A stretch of DNA of 54,596 bases from a virus. Its lineage: Duplodnaviria; Caudoviricetes. Shown here piece by piece: positions 10,772-21,400 of this stretch. Below the pieces are notes generated by a model. The model had not been told where the DNA came from. It ran no database searches and saw only the letters and a list, made by a program, of their open reading frames with translations. The stretch covers positions 1-54,596 of the IMG/VR virus record IMGVR_UViG_3300017719_000011. The stretch is one strand, 5' to 3'. The translations under genes and the position numbers were made by a program. Each line of letters starts with the position of its first letter. The stretch's first letter is position 1.

Positions 10772-12293
10772 CGATATAGATCAATTGACGGTTCAGGCAA
10801 CCTTTGGTACGTGGGTTGATTTGACAAATGAAATCATTACTGAATTAGGTAATGTTGTTACAATGGGTCCTGATGCTGACGAAGGAAATGATAATAGTGA
10901 TGGCATTACTCTTGCGGGACCAATTACAACAAAGAATGTTGTTCAAGGTGTCACCACAAATAGGTTGGCACCATTTAGCGGTAACACTATTGAAATTGCG
11001 GCAAATATTGAATTACAAGATTTCGCTAAAGTGTATCTTTCACATACAGGTATTAATGCCGAGGCGATAGAGTTTAACTATATTGATCCTGATCCTGAAA
11101 ATGATACAGAATATGAAACTTGGAGAATGGGTCCACACACATCACAAGACGGCGATAATAATTCATTTTGGCATGATGAGTTTAAGATCATAGGCAGAAA
11201 TGCTGTAGGCGGCGCTAACGAATCACAACTTATTATCGAACAGGCTTCTGGAGCGACTAAAGCAAAAATAACAGGAACAAACATTGTATTAGATTCAGAT
11301 TTAATTGCTGCTGATTATGTTGCTGCTAGCGCAGCAAAATGGAATAATGCAACAAAGGTTAAGTTTGTCAACACTGTAGCCAAACCAGGTGATGTAACTG
11401 GCTCATTTAGCATTGATGGAAACGAAGCATCAGATCTAGAGTGCCAATTAACAATTGTTGGTGAGGTCGGCGATATAACTGATATTAAACTAGGCACAGG
11501 ATTGATAGGCATAGATGCAGACGGTAATACTATTACTGCTGACGGTAATGGCATAACGACAATTGCTAACACACAACAAATTCAACACTATACACCTGAT
11601 GCTGTAACTACCGCCGCAACTGGTGGTACATTCGTATCTAGAGTTGATAAGGATACTTTCGGCCATGTAACTCAAGTAAGAACAGCAAATGCTGATAATA
11701 GATACATCTTACAAAATCCGAGCAGCAACGCCGCCAGAACAGCAATCAGTGGTTCAGGATTAAGTATTAAAAAAGATGTTAAAGTGTCTTTTGGTGATAA
11801 AGCTACTCCTGGTAGTCAAGCGTCACTGATGTACAATGAGATTAGTGGTTCAACTGATCGTTTTGAAATTGTTTCTCCTGTACACATGACACTAGCTGCA
11901 GATGATAAAATTTATTTTGCGAAAGACGATGCGCTCGCAACTAATAAATTTGAATTCGATGTGGGTACAGGCAACTTTATTGCTACAGGTGATGTTACAG
12001 CGTTTGGTACAGCATCTGATAAATCATTAAAAGAAAATTTTGAACCTATTGAAAATGCCCTTGAAAAAGTTGATGCGATTAATGGTTACACATTTAACTA
12101 TATAGATTCGCCAGAAAAAGGACGAGTTCCTGGTGTGATTGCTCAAGAGTTGGAACAAGTGTTACCAGAAGCAGTATATGAAACTACTGATGGAAAAAAA
12201 GCGGTTAGGTATGATAATACAGTTGCATTACTTGTTGAAGCAATCAAAGAGTTAAAACAACAGGTTGAAGAGTTAAAATCTCAAATAAAATAA
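10761..12293 (+). CDS. Tail fibre protein with C-terminal peptidase S74 intramolecular chaperone
   Basis: 510 aa. N-terminal TFGTWVDLTNEII, fibre segments (GDVTGSFSIDG; DTFGHVT), and C-terminal ATGDVTAF...SDKSLKENF..IENALEKVDAINGYTF...GVIAQELEQVLPEAV...LLVEAIKELK, the S74 chaperone signature. Confidence 0.85.
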   Translation: MAINDIDQLTVQATFGTWVDLTNEIITELGNVVTMGPDADEGNDNSDGITLAGPITTKNVVQGVTTNRLAPFSGNTIEIAANIELQDFAKVYLSHTGINAEAIEFNYIDPDPENDTEYETWRMGPHTSQDGDNNSFWHDEFKIIGRNAVGGANESQLIIEQASGATKAKITGTNIVLDSDLIAADYVAASAAKWNNATKVKFVNTVAKPGDVTGSFSIDGNEASDLECQLTIVGEVGDITDIKLGTGLIGIDADGNTITADGNGITTIANTQQIQHYTPDAVTTAATGGTFVSRVDKDTFGHVTQVRTANADNRYILQNPSSNAARTAISGSGLSIKKDVKVSFGDKATPGSQASLMYNEISGSTDRFEIVSPVHMTLAADDKIYFAKDDALATNKFEFDVGTGNFIATGDVTAFGTASDKSLKENFEPIENALEKVDAINGYTFNYIDSPEKGRVPGVIAQELEQVLPEAVYETTDGKKAVRYDNTVALLVEAIKELKQQVEELKSQIK

Positions 12294-12302
12294 GGTAACG
12301 TA

Positions 12303-14360
12303 GTGACTATTAAGAATTTCACAGATACTACTCCCGCAGATGGTGTGCCAGACTCACCAGAAAGCAAACTGTCCTTAAAAGGCACTTCAAACGCTAACGG
12401 GATAGCAAGAGAGTATGGCGACAGCAATCCTGTCTCCATGTCTGAGTTTTATTTGCAAAGTCCGAGGGGACTTGTTAAACCAGATCCATATTTTGCTAGT
12501 TTTGATGGCGAGTTTCGAAGAAATAATTATGCTAAATTAACTGGCACTAGTAATGTTTACGATATCTATATTGATAATGTACTCTTGCATGAAGATGTCG
12601 ATGTAGGTTCTGATAAAAAAGCAATAATTGACATGGTTTATTTGAGCTCAGTACAACCTGTAGAAATTACTATTGGGTCAGCGGTTGGTGACAAATATAA
12701 AATTCGAAGGCGAGCTGCAAGACAATTACAAATACCAGCCTATAATAGTGATTCTTCTGTAGAAATTTCTGTAAGCGATTTTTTCAATACGAAAAAGGTC
12801 ACAAATACTGAGCAAATTCATCCTGACACTAAAACAGTTATAATTTATGTATATAATAATCATGAAAATTATAACTTAATAGATGACTTATCTAGGTATT
12901 CTTCATATACCACAAATACAGAATTAGTTAATAAAGTTTTAGTGACTTTTAATAATGTAAATATATACTCTAATGATCCATCAATTCCTGCTGTTAATTT
13001 GTCAGGATTACCTGGTAATGTTCAGGTCGAAGCAAGAGTGGTAAATGACAGTGTTATAAGGGGCGCTGGAGGCAAAGGCGGCAATGCTTTTGTGGGTGAA
13101 CTTGATGGGCAAGCTGGAGGAACAGCAATTGAATTTTTTAATGACCATCCGGATTCCAGTTTAAGACTTGAGGCTAGCAGAGTTTATGGCGGCGGCGGTG
13201 GCGGTGGCGCAGGATTGGCTAATCTTTTTCCCAATGAACAGACAGTCAATAGGTACTATTTTGGCGCAGGCGGCGGCGGTGGCGCAGGTGCAGGAGACGG
13301 CGGTGATGCTCAAGCAAACGGCTTTAGGTTCAACGCTTATAATGCTGAAATGGACGCAGATTTAATAGCCCAAGGTCGTCACGGCAGGTTTGTCACTGCA
13401 CCGGGAGGTGTTTTAGATTACGACACTATATGGACTCCAAGAGCAGCTCATTTGGGCGGCGCCGGTGGCTCTTGCATCACAGATCAATTTGCAAAAGGAT
13501 CCTGCCAAAAGACCGATACGAATAAGTATTCGTATCAGCAAACAGGGTGTTTTGCTGACAAGGATTCAGTCAATCGAAATTTAGTGCGCTGTCTTATGTC
13601 ATATGAAGGACGTACACTACAGAACGTAACCAAGGACCCAAATGTATTCAGAAAATGGGAGTGGTTTTCAAACAAAACAAGCACCGCTGCTAGAACTGCG
13701 AGTGAAATATCACAAGGTATCGACTTCATAGAGTTTAGGCCTGGGAGCGGACAAAGTACCGTTGCACCTGCCTTAGATCGTAGGGCAGTTAGCAGATACA
13801 AGTGTAAAGATGATGGAAGGATTGAGTATGAGTACGGGGTGAATAATGCGTTTGATGTTTGGGTTACCTGTGGCGCTACCGGTGGGTGGACTGTTAATGA
13901 AAGCACCAAAGATGAAGTTAATCAACGAGGGGCTTCAGCGTCCAGGGCACCCAGTCAATGGAATGACCGCATCACGTACAATGGCACTCCAAAATTCAGA
14001 GAAAGTATTAGACCGGGTGGATTTGGCGGTGCGTACGGCGATGCGGTAAGTGATTTCGGAGTGGAAAAATCAGGTGACCGTTACCGCTCGGTGGCCTCCA
14101 TGAAAAGTGGCGGCAATGCAGGCTATGGGCTTTTTGGTTCATCTGCAGATAACAGGGGTATACCTATAGAAATTATTGAGGATGCTTTGGGTGCAGGCGG
14201 CGGCGGCGGAGCTTGGGGTACTTCAGGCGGCGAGGGCAGAGGTACGGGGGGTAACTTTGGTGCTGGCGGCAGAGGCGGATATTCGATCGAATATACATCA
14301 AACATTAGTCGGAGCTTTTTTAACAGTAATACTTTCGGTCGTAGCTTCGTGCATGATTAA
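12303..14360 (+). CDS. Glycine-rich receptor-binding adhesin (gp38-like polyglycine type)
   Basis: 685 aa, GTG start. N-terminal IAREYG..NPVSMSEFY / EISVSDFF attachment motifs. Many Gly-rich motifs (IRGAGGKGG, YGGGGGGGAG, GAGGGGGAG, GAGGGGGAWG, GAGGRGGYSI). Sits directly after an S74 tail fibre. Confidence 0.7.
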   Translation: MTIKNFTDTTPADGVPDSPESKLSLKGTSNANGIAREYGDSNPVSMSEFYLQSPRGLVKPDPYFASFDGEFRRNNYAKLTGTSNVYDIYIDNVLLHEDVDVGSDKKAIIDMVYLSSVQPVEITIGSAVGDKYKIRRRAARQLQIPAYNSDSSVEISVSDFFNTKKVTNTEQIHPDTKTVIIYVYNNHENYNLIDDLSRYSSYTTNTELVNKVLVTFNNVNIYSNDPSIPAVNLSGLPGNVQVEARVVNDSVIRGAGGKGGNAFVGELDGQAGGTAIEFFNDHPDSSLRLEASRVYGGGGGGGAGLANLFPNEQTVNRYYFGAGGGGGAGAGDGGDAQANGFRFNAYNAEMDADLIAQGRHGRFVTAPGGVLDYDTIWTPRAAHLGGAGGSCITDQFAKGSCQKTDTNKYSYQQTGCFADKDSVNRNLVRCLMSYEGRTLQNVTKDPNVFRKWEWFSNKTSTAARTASEISQGIDFIEFRPGSGQSTVAPALDRRAVSRYKCKDDGRIEYEYGVNNAFDVWVTCGATGGWTVNESTKDEVNQRGASASRAPSQWNDRITYNGTPKFRESIRPGGFGGAYGDAVSDFGVEKSGDRYRSVASMKSGGNAGYGLFGSSADNRGIPIEIIEDALGAGGGGGAWGTSGGEGRGTGGNFGAGGRGGYSIEYTSNISRSFFNSNTFGRSFVHD

Positions 14361-14368
14361 TATAAATA
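14361..14368 (+). promoter_or_regulatory. T4-type late promoter
   Basis: Exact TATAAATA in the intergenic gap, 41 nt before ATG 14410 (AAGG RBS). Confidence 0.75.
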
Positions 14369-14409
14369 AACATTATACTTTTAACAATAAAGAATAAAGG
14401 CAAAACCTA

Positions 14410-17400
14410 ATGGCAATAAAATTTAGTGACTTACAGTTTATTCAATCGGGCAGTTTAGCATCCGATGATGTGTTTGCGGTGACTGACACATCAGAAAACT
14501 TATCATTCAAGATAAAATTTGAAGAGCTTGAACAGGCACTCATAACTGCAAGTACGTTTACTGATCATGATGCTGATATGGTTACAGCATTGAATGCGTA
14601 TGCCAGCAAACCCGCAGCAAGCACAACGCCATTAAATGCTGGTTCTTTGGGTGGTTCAACACTTCAAGGTATCACAAATGCATATCAACAATATGTAAAA
14701 GATAATGCCGCTTCGAGTTTGTCGCAACTCGCAAACACCAGTCAAAACTACGGAGTCGTGAGTCTTGATACAACACTGCAGACACATTCACTTGCAGTAA
14801 GATACACTCAACCTGCTGCGGTTATTGGCGACCCTCCTGTTCTTCAGGGTTATCAAGCGATCACAACTAAAAACATACCTGAAGATACTTCACTGAACGC
14901 AACAAATTTATATTATAGTGAAGAAAAGGTAACAGATTATTTTGATTTATATTTCGGTTCATATTATAATAGATATGGCACAACATTTGATGAAGGTGAT
15001 TTGACAGATAGTTTCTTTGATACTGTCGCCTATGCAGAAAACAAAACTGGTGAAGACGATCCTTTTGGGTTTTCAGCTGTTCCCGGCACAACTGAACGTA
15101 CTGGTCGATGGCTTACAGTTCATAAGGAAGGTGTAATCCCAGGAACCACACCTGAAATTATAAGAGAACAAGCAAACAGATTCCAATCACTACAAAAAAA
15201 TAAAAGCATAAGAATTTATGGCGCAGAAAACGAATCCACAAATTCTCCGCCAACTGATTCGTTAGTTACAACAATTGATAAGTTTGGATTCACGACTGCA
15301 GTTGGACCTGCAGTTATTGATAGGATTTTTAATGCTGAACAATCAAACCTTATTGCCAACGAAGATAAAATAACTACAGTTGATACTAATGGGAATCCTA
15401 TACCTCACGGATTCGTTGCCGGGGAAGAGATTATATATTCAACAAACGGAACAGCGAACACGCCGTCATCCGCTCTTGTAAACGGTGCAGCATATTTCGT
15501 TATTCCATTAGAAGGTGAACCCAATTCGTTTAAAATAGCATCAAGCAAAACAAATGCAACACCTGTCGGCGAAAATGATCCTATACACATAGTTTTACAA
15601 GAAACAGGTGCTGTGGGATCTGATCACATATTTACTCCGCTTGTTGTGCCTGATGGATCCATTCCATTCCAAAGATTGACATACACATGTGCTGAATTTG
15701 ATTTAACGACAGGAAGAGTTTATCCTGCTGATACGGCGGTGGCATTGAACATAGGTCCTCCTGCAACATTCCAGGATACGACTCAAGATGGCGTTGACGA
15801 CATTGCAAATTACTTGGTCAACGATCAAGACAAAATACTAAAAGATTTTGGTGTTGAGAACTTTATCAAGTTAGATTTCAATCATATTAGCCCAAATGGA
15901 ATAGCAACATCTGGTCCTAGTCCTAATAGAGGCATACTAGTATATCGTAGTGTTGGTCAACCAAACAGTGAAGATCCTGAACTTCAAAGCAATGCAACTT
16001 TGTGTGCTGTCCTCGGGCCAAAAGATTTGGAAACAAATTCATGGATTGATTATTTCAATGATGATATTTTAGATTTTTCTAAGAAGCAACAAGCGGATAA
16101 CACCTATCTTCCTGAATACACTGTTCACTTCAAACCACAAGAAGCGCCGATACAATGGCAATTAGGATGGGTAGATAGAACTATTATACAAGTTGTTGAA
16201 ACTGATAACTTTATTAGAATTAAGTTGAGTTCTGCTATCTATGCAAGAACTGGACAAAAAACTGGCATGTGGATTTCGCATAATGACACTAATTCAATTC
16301 GAAATGCAGTATCAGATAATTCCTTGGGTGGAAGAAAGGCGATTCAATTAAATGCTAAAAATTATATAACTGACACAATTGAAGTTCCTGATAACTTTGC
16401 AATTGCAGGATTTGCTTATAATACTAAATTGACAAGATTGCCTTGGTCGGGGTATGCAGGCAATGAGTCAAAAGCAAATATATTTAATAGAAGAGGCAAC
16501 TCAGGTGCAATGTCAAACGTCAGTCTTGTAGGTTTTGATATTGACGGTAACGCAATTAACTCCATAGCATTTGCTGACTCATCGTTACACGGAGGAACTA
16601 ACTATGCTATTAATTGTGGGACCACATCTGACCAAGTATTGATCGATAAAGTTAGAATCTCGCATCCTATTGGCGGCGGCGTGTATGCCTCGTCAGGATC
16701 AAATTTCCGATTGACAGGATCTGAAATTGTAAACTCTGGCGTAACTGATAGACACGTATTTTCACCCTTGGTTGCAGATGGCGGACAAAGCAGTTTCATT
16801 TCCTCTAACAGATTCCAAAACTTCACCGATGCTGTTGATGCATCTATTACTGATAAGGGTGTTGTTGAAGGTAATATTATTGCGGGGTGTGGATCAGGTT
16901 TAGTCGTGTTCGGGTCAAGGTTCATGGTAACATCACCCAATGTTCTTACAGGGTCAGGTGATGAGTTCTTACCTAACCCAGACGCATATAATTCAGAATT
17001 TGATTCGATCAATATTGACTTAACTGCATCAAGCCTTGATGGCGGCATGTTCTTGTCAGGTCCGATGAAGTATCAAGAAAATGGTGATGTGTATGATTTA
17101 TCAAATGCTGAATTAACTTATAGAGTGTTTGCTATTGAAAAAGGAGATGATGGAGAAGAGACGATTTGGGCTGACAACATTATCGCTCCTACTGTAGGCG
17201 GATTGGATGCAGAACCTCAAGATACGATAACGATACCATTCGATCCTACTCCAAGCGGCGCTACAATAAGTGTCGCACCGATCAATGCAATCACATTTAC
17301 ATCAGATCATGGCCTTACAACTGGCGATCCTGTTAAGTATGTCTCTACGGAAGCGCCTGCTGATCAATATTCTAGCCTCGACCCACTCAAGACATATTAT

Positions 17401-18474
17401 GTGAATGCATTAACGTCAAACGGAATTGCATTATATGAATCGCAAGCAGATGCACTAAATAATGTTACCGGCAATAGGGTAACATTGGCAGCGGATGCAG
17501 GAGCAGGTGCAAACCACTCAATAGTAAGGTCTGTATATTTGAGACTTAAGTCAGGTCTAAACTCTGACAACTTAAAATCTGAAGGAGGATTCTCGTTCGA
17601 CATTTCACCAGAAAGTGTTTCACGAATCAAAAGTTCAGATGGCATATATTCATACAGCTATATGTCAGGTAAAAAACGTGCAGGCGGAATTCAAACTATC
17701 ACTGATGCAACAACCTTTACGCCGATGGGTGCATCAGCATTCGGTAGCGATGGCGCAGTCGATGTAGAAGTTGAAACTAAAGGTTTGGGATCATCTGCTA
17801 AGATAACATTATCATATACAGGTTCTACGGGTGCAGTTGTTGCAACAGTTTCTGACTTCAAAGGAATTGATTATGCGTCTGGCGATACAATATCTATTCC
17901 TCGTCAAACAATAGCAACTGCTTTAGGTGTATCTCTTAGTGATGTTGTCACGACTAACATATTTAACGACTTTGTCGCTAAGGTAAATACGATACAAAGA
18001 AATGTGATTCATCATTTAGATAAAGATGGCAACCCTACTGCAAGTTTAGACAATGTTAATCATGTTGGATTAGGGTGGTCAGCATCTATCAGACAATACT
18101 TATCACCTGCTGGCATCATTACAAGCACAGCGAGTGATATTGATAGGTGGAGCAATCAACAAAGTGATGCTGAAGGATTACATGCAATTTATACCGTTAA
18201 AGTAAAAGACTATAAATACTTAACAACAGGAAGGAAAGTAAAATTCACACAAAGCGGATTAACTCCTCACATACAATTCTCGCCAGGGATAGGTGCCGAG
18301 CAATACGGTGTTATTCAAAATATTACACCAGTAGGCGCTGAAGCTGAACTTGAAATTAGATGGGGTAATGCAAACGCCAATGATGACAGCGGCAACCCAT
18401 CAGCAACTGACGGATTTGGCGGAACATTGGAGATAGAAGACGTTTTTGTAATCGCAACCGGAAGGATTAAATAA
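14410..18474 (+). CDS. Large tail/appendage protein with right-handed beta-helix (pectate-lyase-like) region
   Basis: 1354 aa. N-terminal IKFSDL...DDVFAVTD...KI fibre-type start. Beta-helix-like segment NVSLVGFDIDGN...VLIDKVRISHPIGGGVYAS...ISSNRFQNF...VVEGNIIAGCGSGL (~16300-16960). Two HGxxxG-YYV modules. Confidence 0.6.
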   Translation: MAIKFSDLQFIQSGSLASDDVFAVTDTSENLSFKIKFEELEQALITASTFTDHDADMVTALNAYASKPAASTTPLNAGSLGGSTLQGITNAYQQYVKDNAASSLSQLANTSQNYGVVSLDTTLQTHSLAVRYTQPAAVIGDPPVLQGYQAITTKNIPEDTSLNATNLYYSEEKVTDYFDLYFGSYYNRYGTTFDEGDLTDSFFDTVAYAENKTGEDDPFGFSAVPGTTERTGRWLTVHKEGVIPGTTPEIIREQANRFQSLQKNKSIRIYGAENESTNSPPTDSLVTTIDKFGFTTAVGPAVIDRIFNAEQSNLIANEDKITTVDTNGNPIPHGFVAGEEIIYSTNGTANTPSSALVNGAAYFVIPLEGEPNSFKIASSKTNATPVGENDPIHIVLQETGAVGSDHIFTPLVVPDGSIPFQRLTYTCAEFDLTTGRVYPADTAVALNIGPPATFQDTTQDGVDDIANYLVNDQDKILKDFGVENFIKLDFNHISPNGIATSGPSPNRGILVYRSVGQPNSEDPELQSNATLCAVLGPKDLETNSWIDYFNDDILDFSKKQQADNTYLPEYTVHFKPQEAPIQWQLGWVDRTIIQVVETDNFIRIKLSSAIYARTGQKTGMWISHNDTNSIRNAVSDNSLGGRKAIQLNAKNYITDTIEVPDNFAIAGFAYNTKLTRLPWSGYAGNESKANIFNRRGNSGAMSNVSLVGFDIDGNAINSIAFADSSLHGGTNYAINCGTTSDQVLIDKVRISHPIGGGVYASSGSNFRLTGSEIVNSGVTDRHVFSPLVADGGQSSFISSNRFQNFTDAVDASITDKGVVEGNIIAGCGSGLVVFGSRFMVTSPNVLTGSGDEFLPNPDAYNSEFDSINIDLTASSLDGGMFLSGPMKYQENGDVYDLSNAELTYRVFAIEKGDDGEETIWADNIIAPTVGGLDAEPQDTITIPFDPTPSGATISVAPINAITFTSDHGLTTGDPVKYVSTEAPADQYSSLDPLKTYYVNALTSNGIALYESQADALNNVTGNRVTLAADAGAGANHSIVRSVYLRLKSGLNSDNLKSEGGFSFDISPESVSRIKSSDGIYSYSYMSGKKRAGGIQTITDATTFTPMGASAFGSDGAVDVEVETKGLGSSAKITLSYTGSTGAVVATVSDFKGIDYASGDTISIPRQTIATALGVSLSDVVTTNIFNDFVAKVNTIQRNVIHHLDKDGNPTASLDNVNHVGLGWSASIRQYLSPAGIITSTASDIDRWSNQQSDAEGLHAIYTVKVKDYKYLTTGRKVKFTQSGLTPHIQFSPGIGAEQYGVIQNITPVGAEAELEIRWGNANANDDSGNPSATDGFGGTLEIEDVFVIATGRIK

Positions 18475-18480
18475 AAAAAT

Positions 18481-21400
18481 ATGTCTAGTTTAACGAATAT
18501 CAATAATAATACACGGGTAGTTAATGTAGGTAGAACGACCCCAGTTGCACCAGGACAACAGCCATCATCGAAATCGATACCGGTTGTTCTTGCTAGTGAC
18601 CAAACTGCTATTCCTGTAGAAGAACAGAACAAGGTTCAATCAGAAGTTTCTTTGTCGCTTTTGGGTATTCCACGAGCAGAAGTCGCTCTTGGTATTTTCG
18701 CAGACGTAAATACATATGACGTAAACCCATCAGAGTGGTCGTCAAGTCCTCAATATTATAACACAGGTCATGGTATCAAACATTTGCCTAATGAGGCAGG
18801 TGCATTGGTTGAAGCGCCTCGTGATCAGTTCGCAGTATTGACATCTAAGCGTTTCTTCAGATACCAACCAGGTCGTGTATCTGCTGCTACATTTGGTATT
18901 AAAAGTTCTGTGTCGACTGCTGATTTCGCATTGAATCCTGTAATCAGAAAGTACGGCATTTTTGATAATTTTGACGGTTATTATTGGGAAACAAAACAAT
19001 CAGGACAAGGTGATAACTTTACATGTGTTCGTAGAACGCAATCAATGCTTAAGTTCCCAACATCACCTTTCGGATTGCCATCAGAATTAATGCGCAAACC
19101 TTCAGGTGTGCAACAGGATACACCTGTTCCTTATGAGCAAACTGATGACTATCGTGCTGTCGGTAAAGAGGGCATTGAATTAAAAGGTAAATATTTTGTT
19201 CGTGAAAGACAAATATTGGCAGATTACGGCGCAACTGTTGGCGAAAATGCTTGGGATGCTGCTATTGCTAATAATGGTGCGCTTGATACATATTATCAAA
19301 CACTGTCTGGCGATGCTGCGTATGACTTCAAGGACAAGTGTCATCGTGATGTAACATTCATGTTCAAAATGATCATGATGGATCTTGAGTGGGGCAGTAA
19401 TGCTCACACAAGACTAAACACTAAAAATTATTATACAGGTTTGTTCCCCGCTTATCCTGGCGGCAATGATCCTGCTGAACTTGAAATCGAATTGCACCTT
19501 GAAGCATTAAATATTCTTACTTCTGTTGCAGGATTACCTGCAGGTTCAGGTACCGCAGTCGAAAAAATTGGTACATTGTATGATGTATTCTTAAAGAATA
19601 ATGCTGATTTAGATGCTGCCGTAGGAAGCGATGATGGATTCTTTGTAAGGATTGCAAAAGAGCAACCAGCAACTGGCGGAACAGAATCAAGAACAGGCGC
19701 TACTAGAGTTTTCCAAAACGAAGGGTATAAACTATTTACTGGTAGCGGTACCGGTATGTCCTTTGGTGACAAAAAGGTAATTGACACATTATTTGATGCA
19801 AGGAAGCATTATTGGTCATATTTTGTTTCATCATTTAAACCAACATTTGCTAACATTAACAGTATTTCTGCAGAAGCAAGTATCTACTCCACAGGAATAA
19901 AACAAACATACACGTTCCGTGGTGCAGCTAATTATTTGCCGACTAATACAGACGGTTCACCTGCATATAACGAACAATTGATTGGTCAAGAATTGTCAGG
20001 AGCTGATTATCCGTTTGCACCTGGTGATAATGTTGGCGCCGTATCATTAACCGAAATTGATGCTGTTGCTCTTAATGAGTTTTACAGAAATATCAAATAT
20101 AAGTGTGCAAGGGATCTTGAATATATTATCACTGGTTATAAGAATGATATTGCTGGTGGCGGTAATGCTGAAACAATTTACAATGCTTCAATGTATTATA
20201 AGGCATCTGGATTATCAATCTTTACGCAAACAGACGCAGGAACACCTAGCGATACAACCATTCCTAGGGAAATCGAAAAGCACAAACATTTGCGTAAAAT
20301 GATACATGATGATTTAAGTGAAGCAACCGCTGCTATAGATTTCGGTAATCAATCCGCAGCACGAGAAAGATTAGAAGAATTATCAACTATTATTGTTGAC
20401 AACTTTACGACAGAGACGACAGAAGGTGCTAATTTAGGCAACAGAGGATTTGCGGGCAACATTATTGCATTCCGTGATGGTTTGTTGATGGTTCACGCTG
20501 CTGTGAATGATCCTAATCTGATGAAAGAAAGGAAAAAGATATTAGCAACATATAAGGTTGCACGAACTGATAGTCAACCTACAGTATTTAAACTCGCAGA
20601 GGGTGGCGTAACATTTGGACAGAAGGTTAGGGTTACAACACCTACTGCTGAAACCGAAATTTCAACTAGCACTTCGGCATATAAAAGTTCTGATGGCACA
20701 ATAATAAATCAAAATGAGGCAACAGTACCTTCTGATGCAAAATTAAAAGCACATCCATATGATGCAATATATACTGTTTCACGAGTATATGGCCCAACAG
20801 GTTCAGAATTTAGTTTGCAAGATCAAGACGGAGTTGATGTATACGCACATAGAGACAATACAGATGGAACAGATGGAAGCGGTTCAACTGATCCAGTAAA
20901 CACTTTGAATACAGAAGAAGTTAGAATTGAAACTGTTGTTCCGTTTATAGGTGATAACATCTATAGTTCAGCAGTTTATCGAGATGCAACTACTCGTCCT
21001 GAAGGCACTGTTCAAAACATATCTGGTCAAAGTGTTCAAACACCTTTCACTGAAGGTTCTGACACGTTCCCGATTGGTATGCAATGGCCGTTAAAATATT
21101 CATCGACAGGTGATATTAATGATGGTGTTGCAAACTTCATTGGGCATATCGACACTTCATTAAGTCCTAAGGATTCAAATCAAATTGAAACAATTAGGAA
21201 ACAATATGACACGATAATCTTTAATCCTGAATATATTAACTGGATTAAGAATAATGTTAAGCCAGAGTTCTGGGGTGTTTACGAATATCGTGTTCCACGT
21301 TCACGTTTCAGTCATGATAAACTAGATGGAAAAGTGAGTCGAAGAGTTTACAGTGATTTGGCAACAGGTCCTTCCGGAATTGTACGTCCGGGTATGGATG

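Noticed and set aside
13186-14280. GGCGGCGGC runs as tandem repeats or contingency loci
   Set aside because: They are in-frame glycine codons of the adhesin motifs, with no frameshift or array structure.
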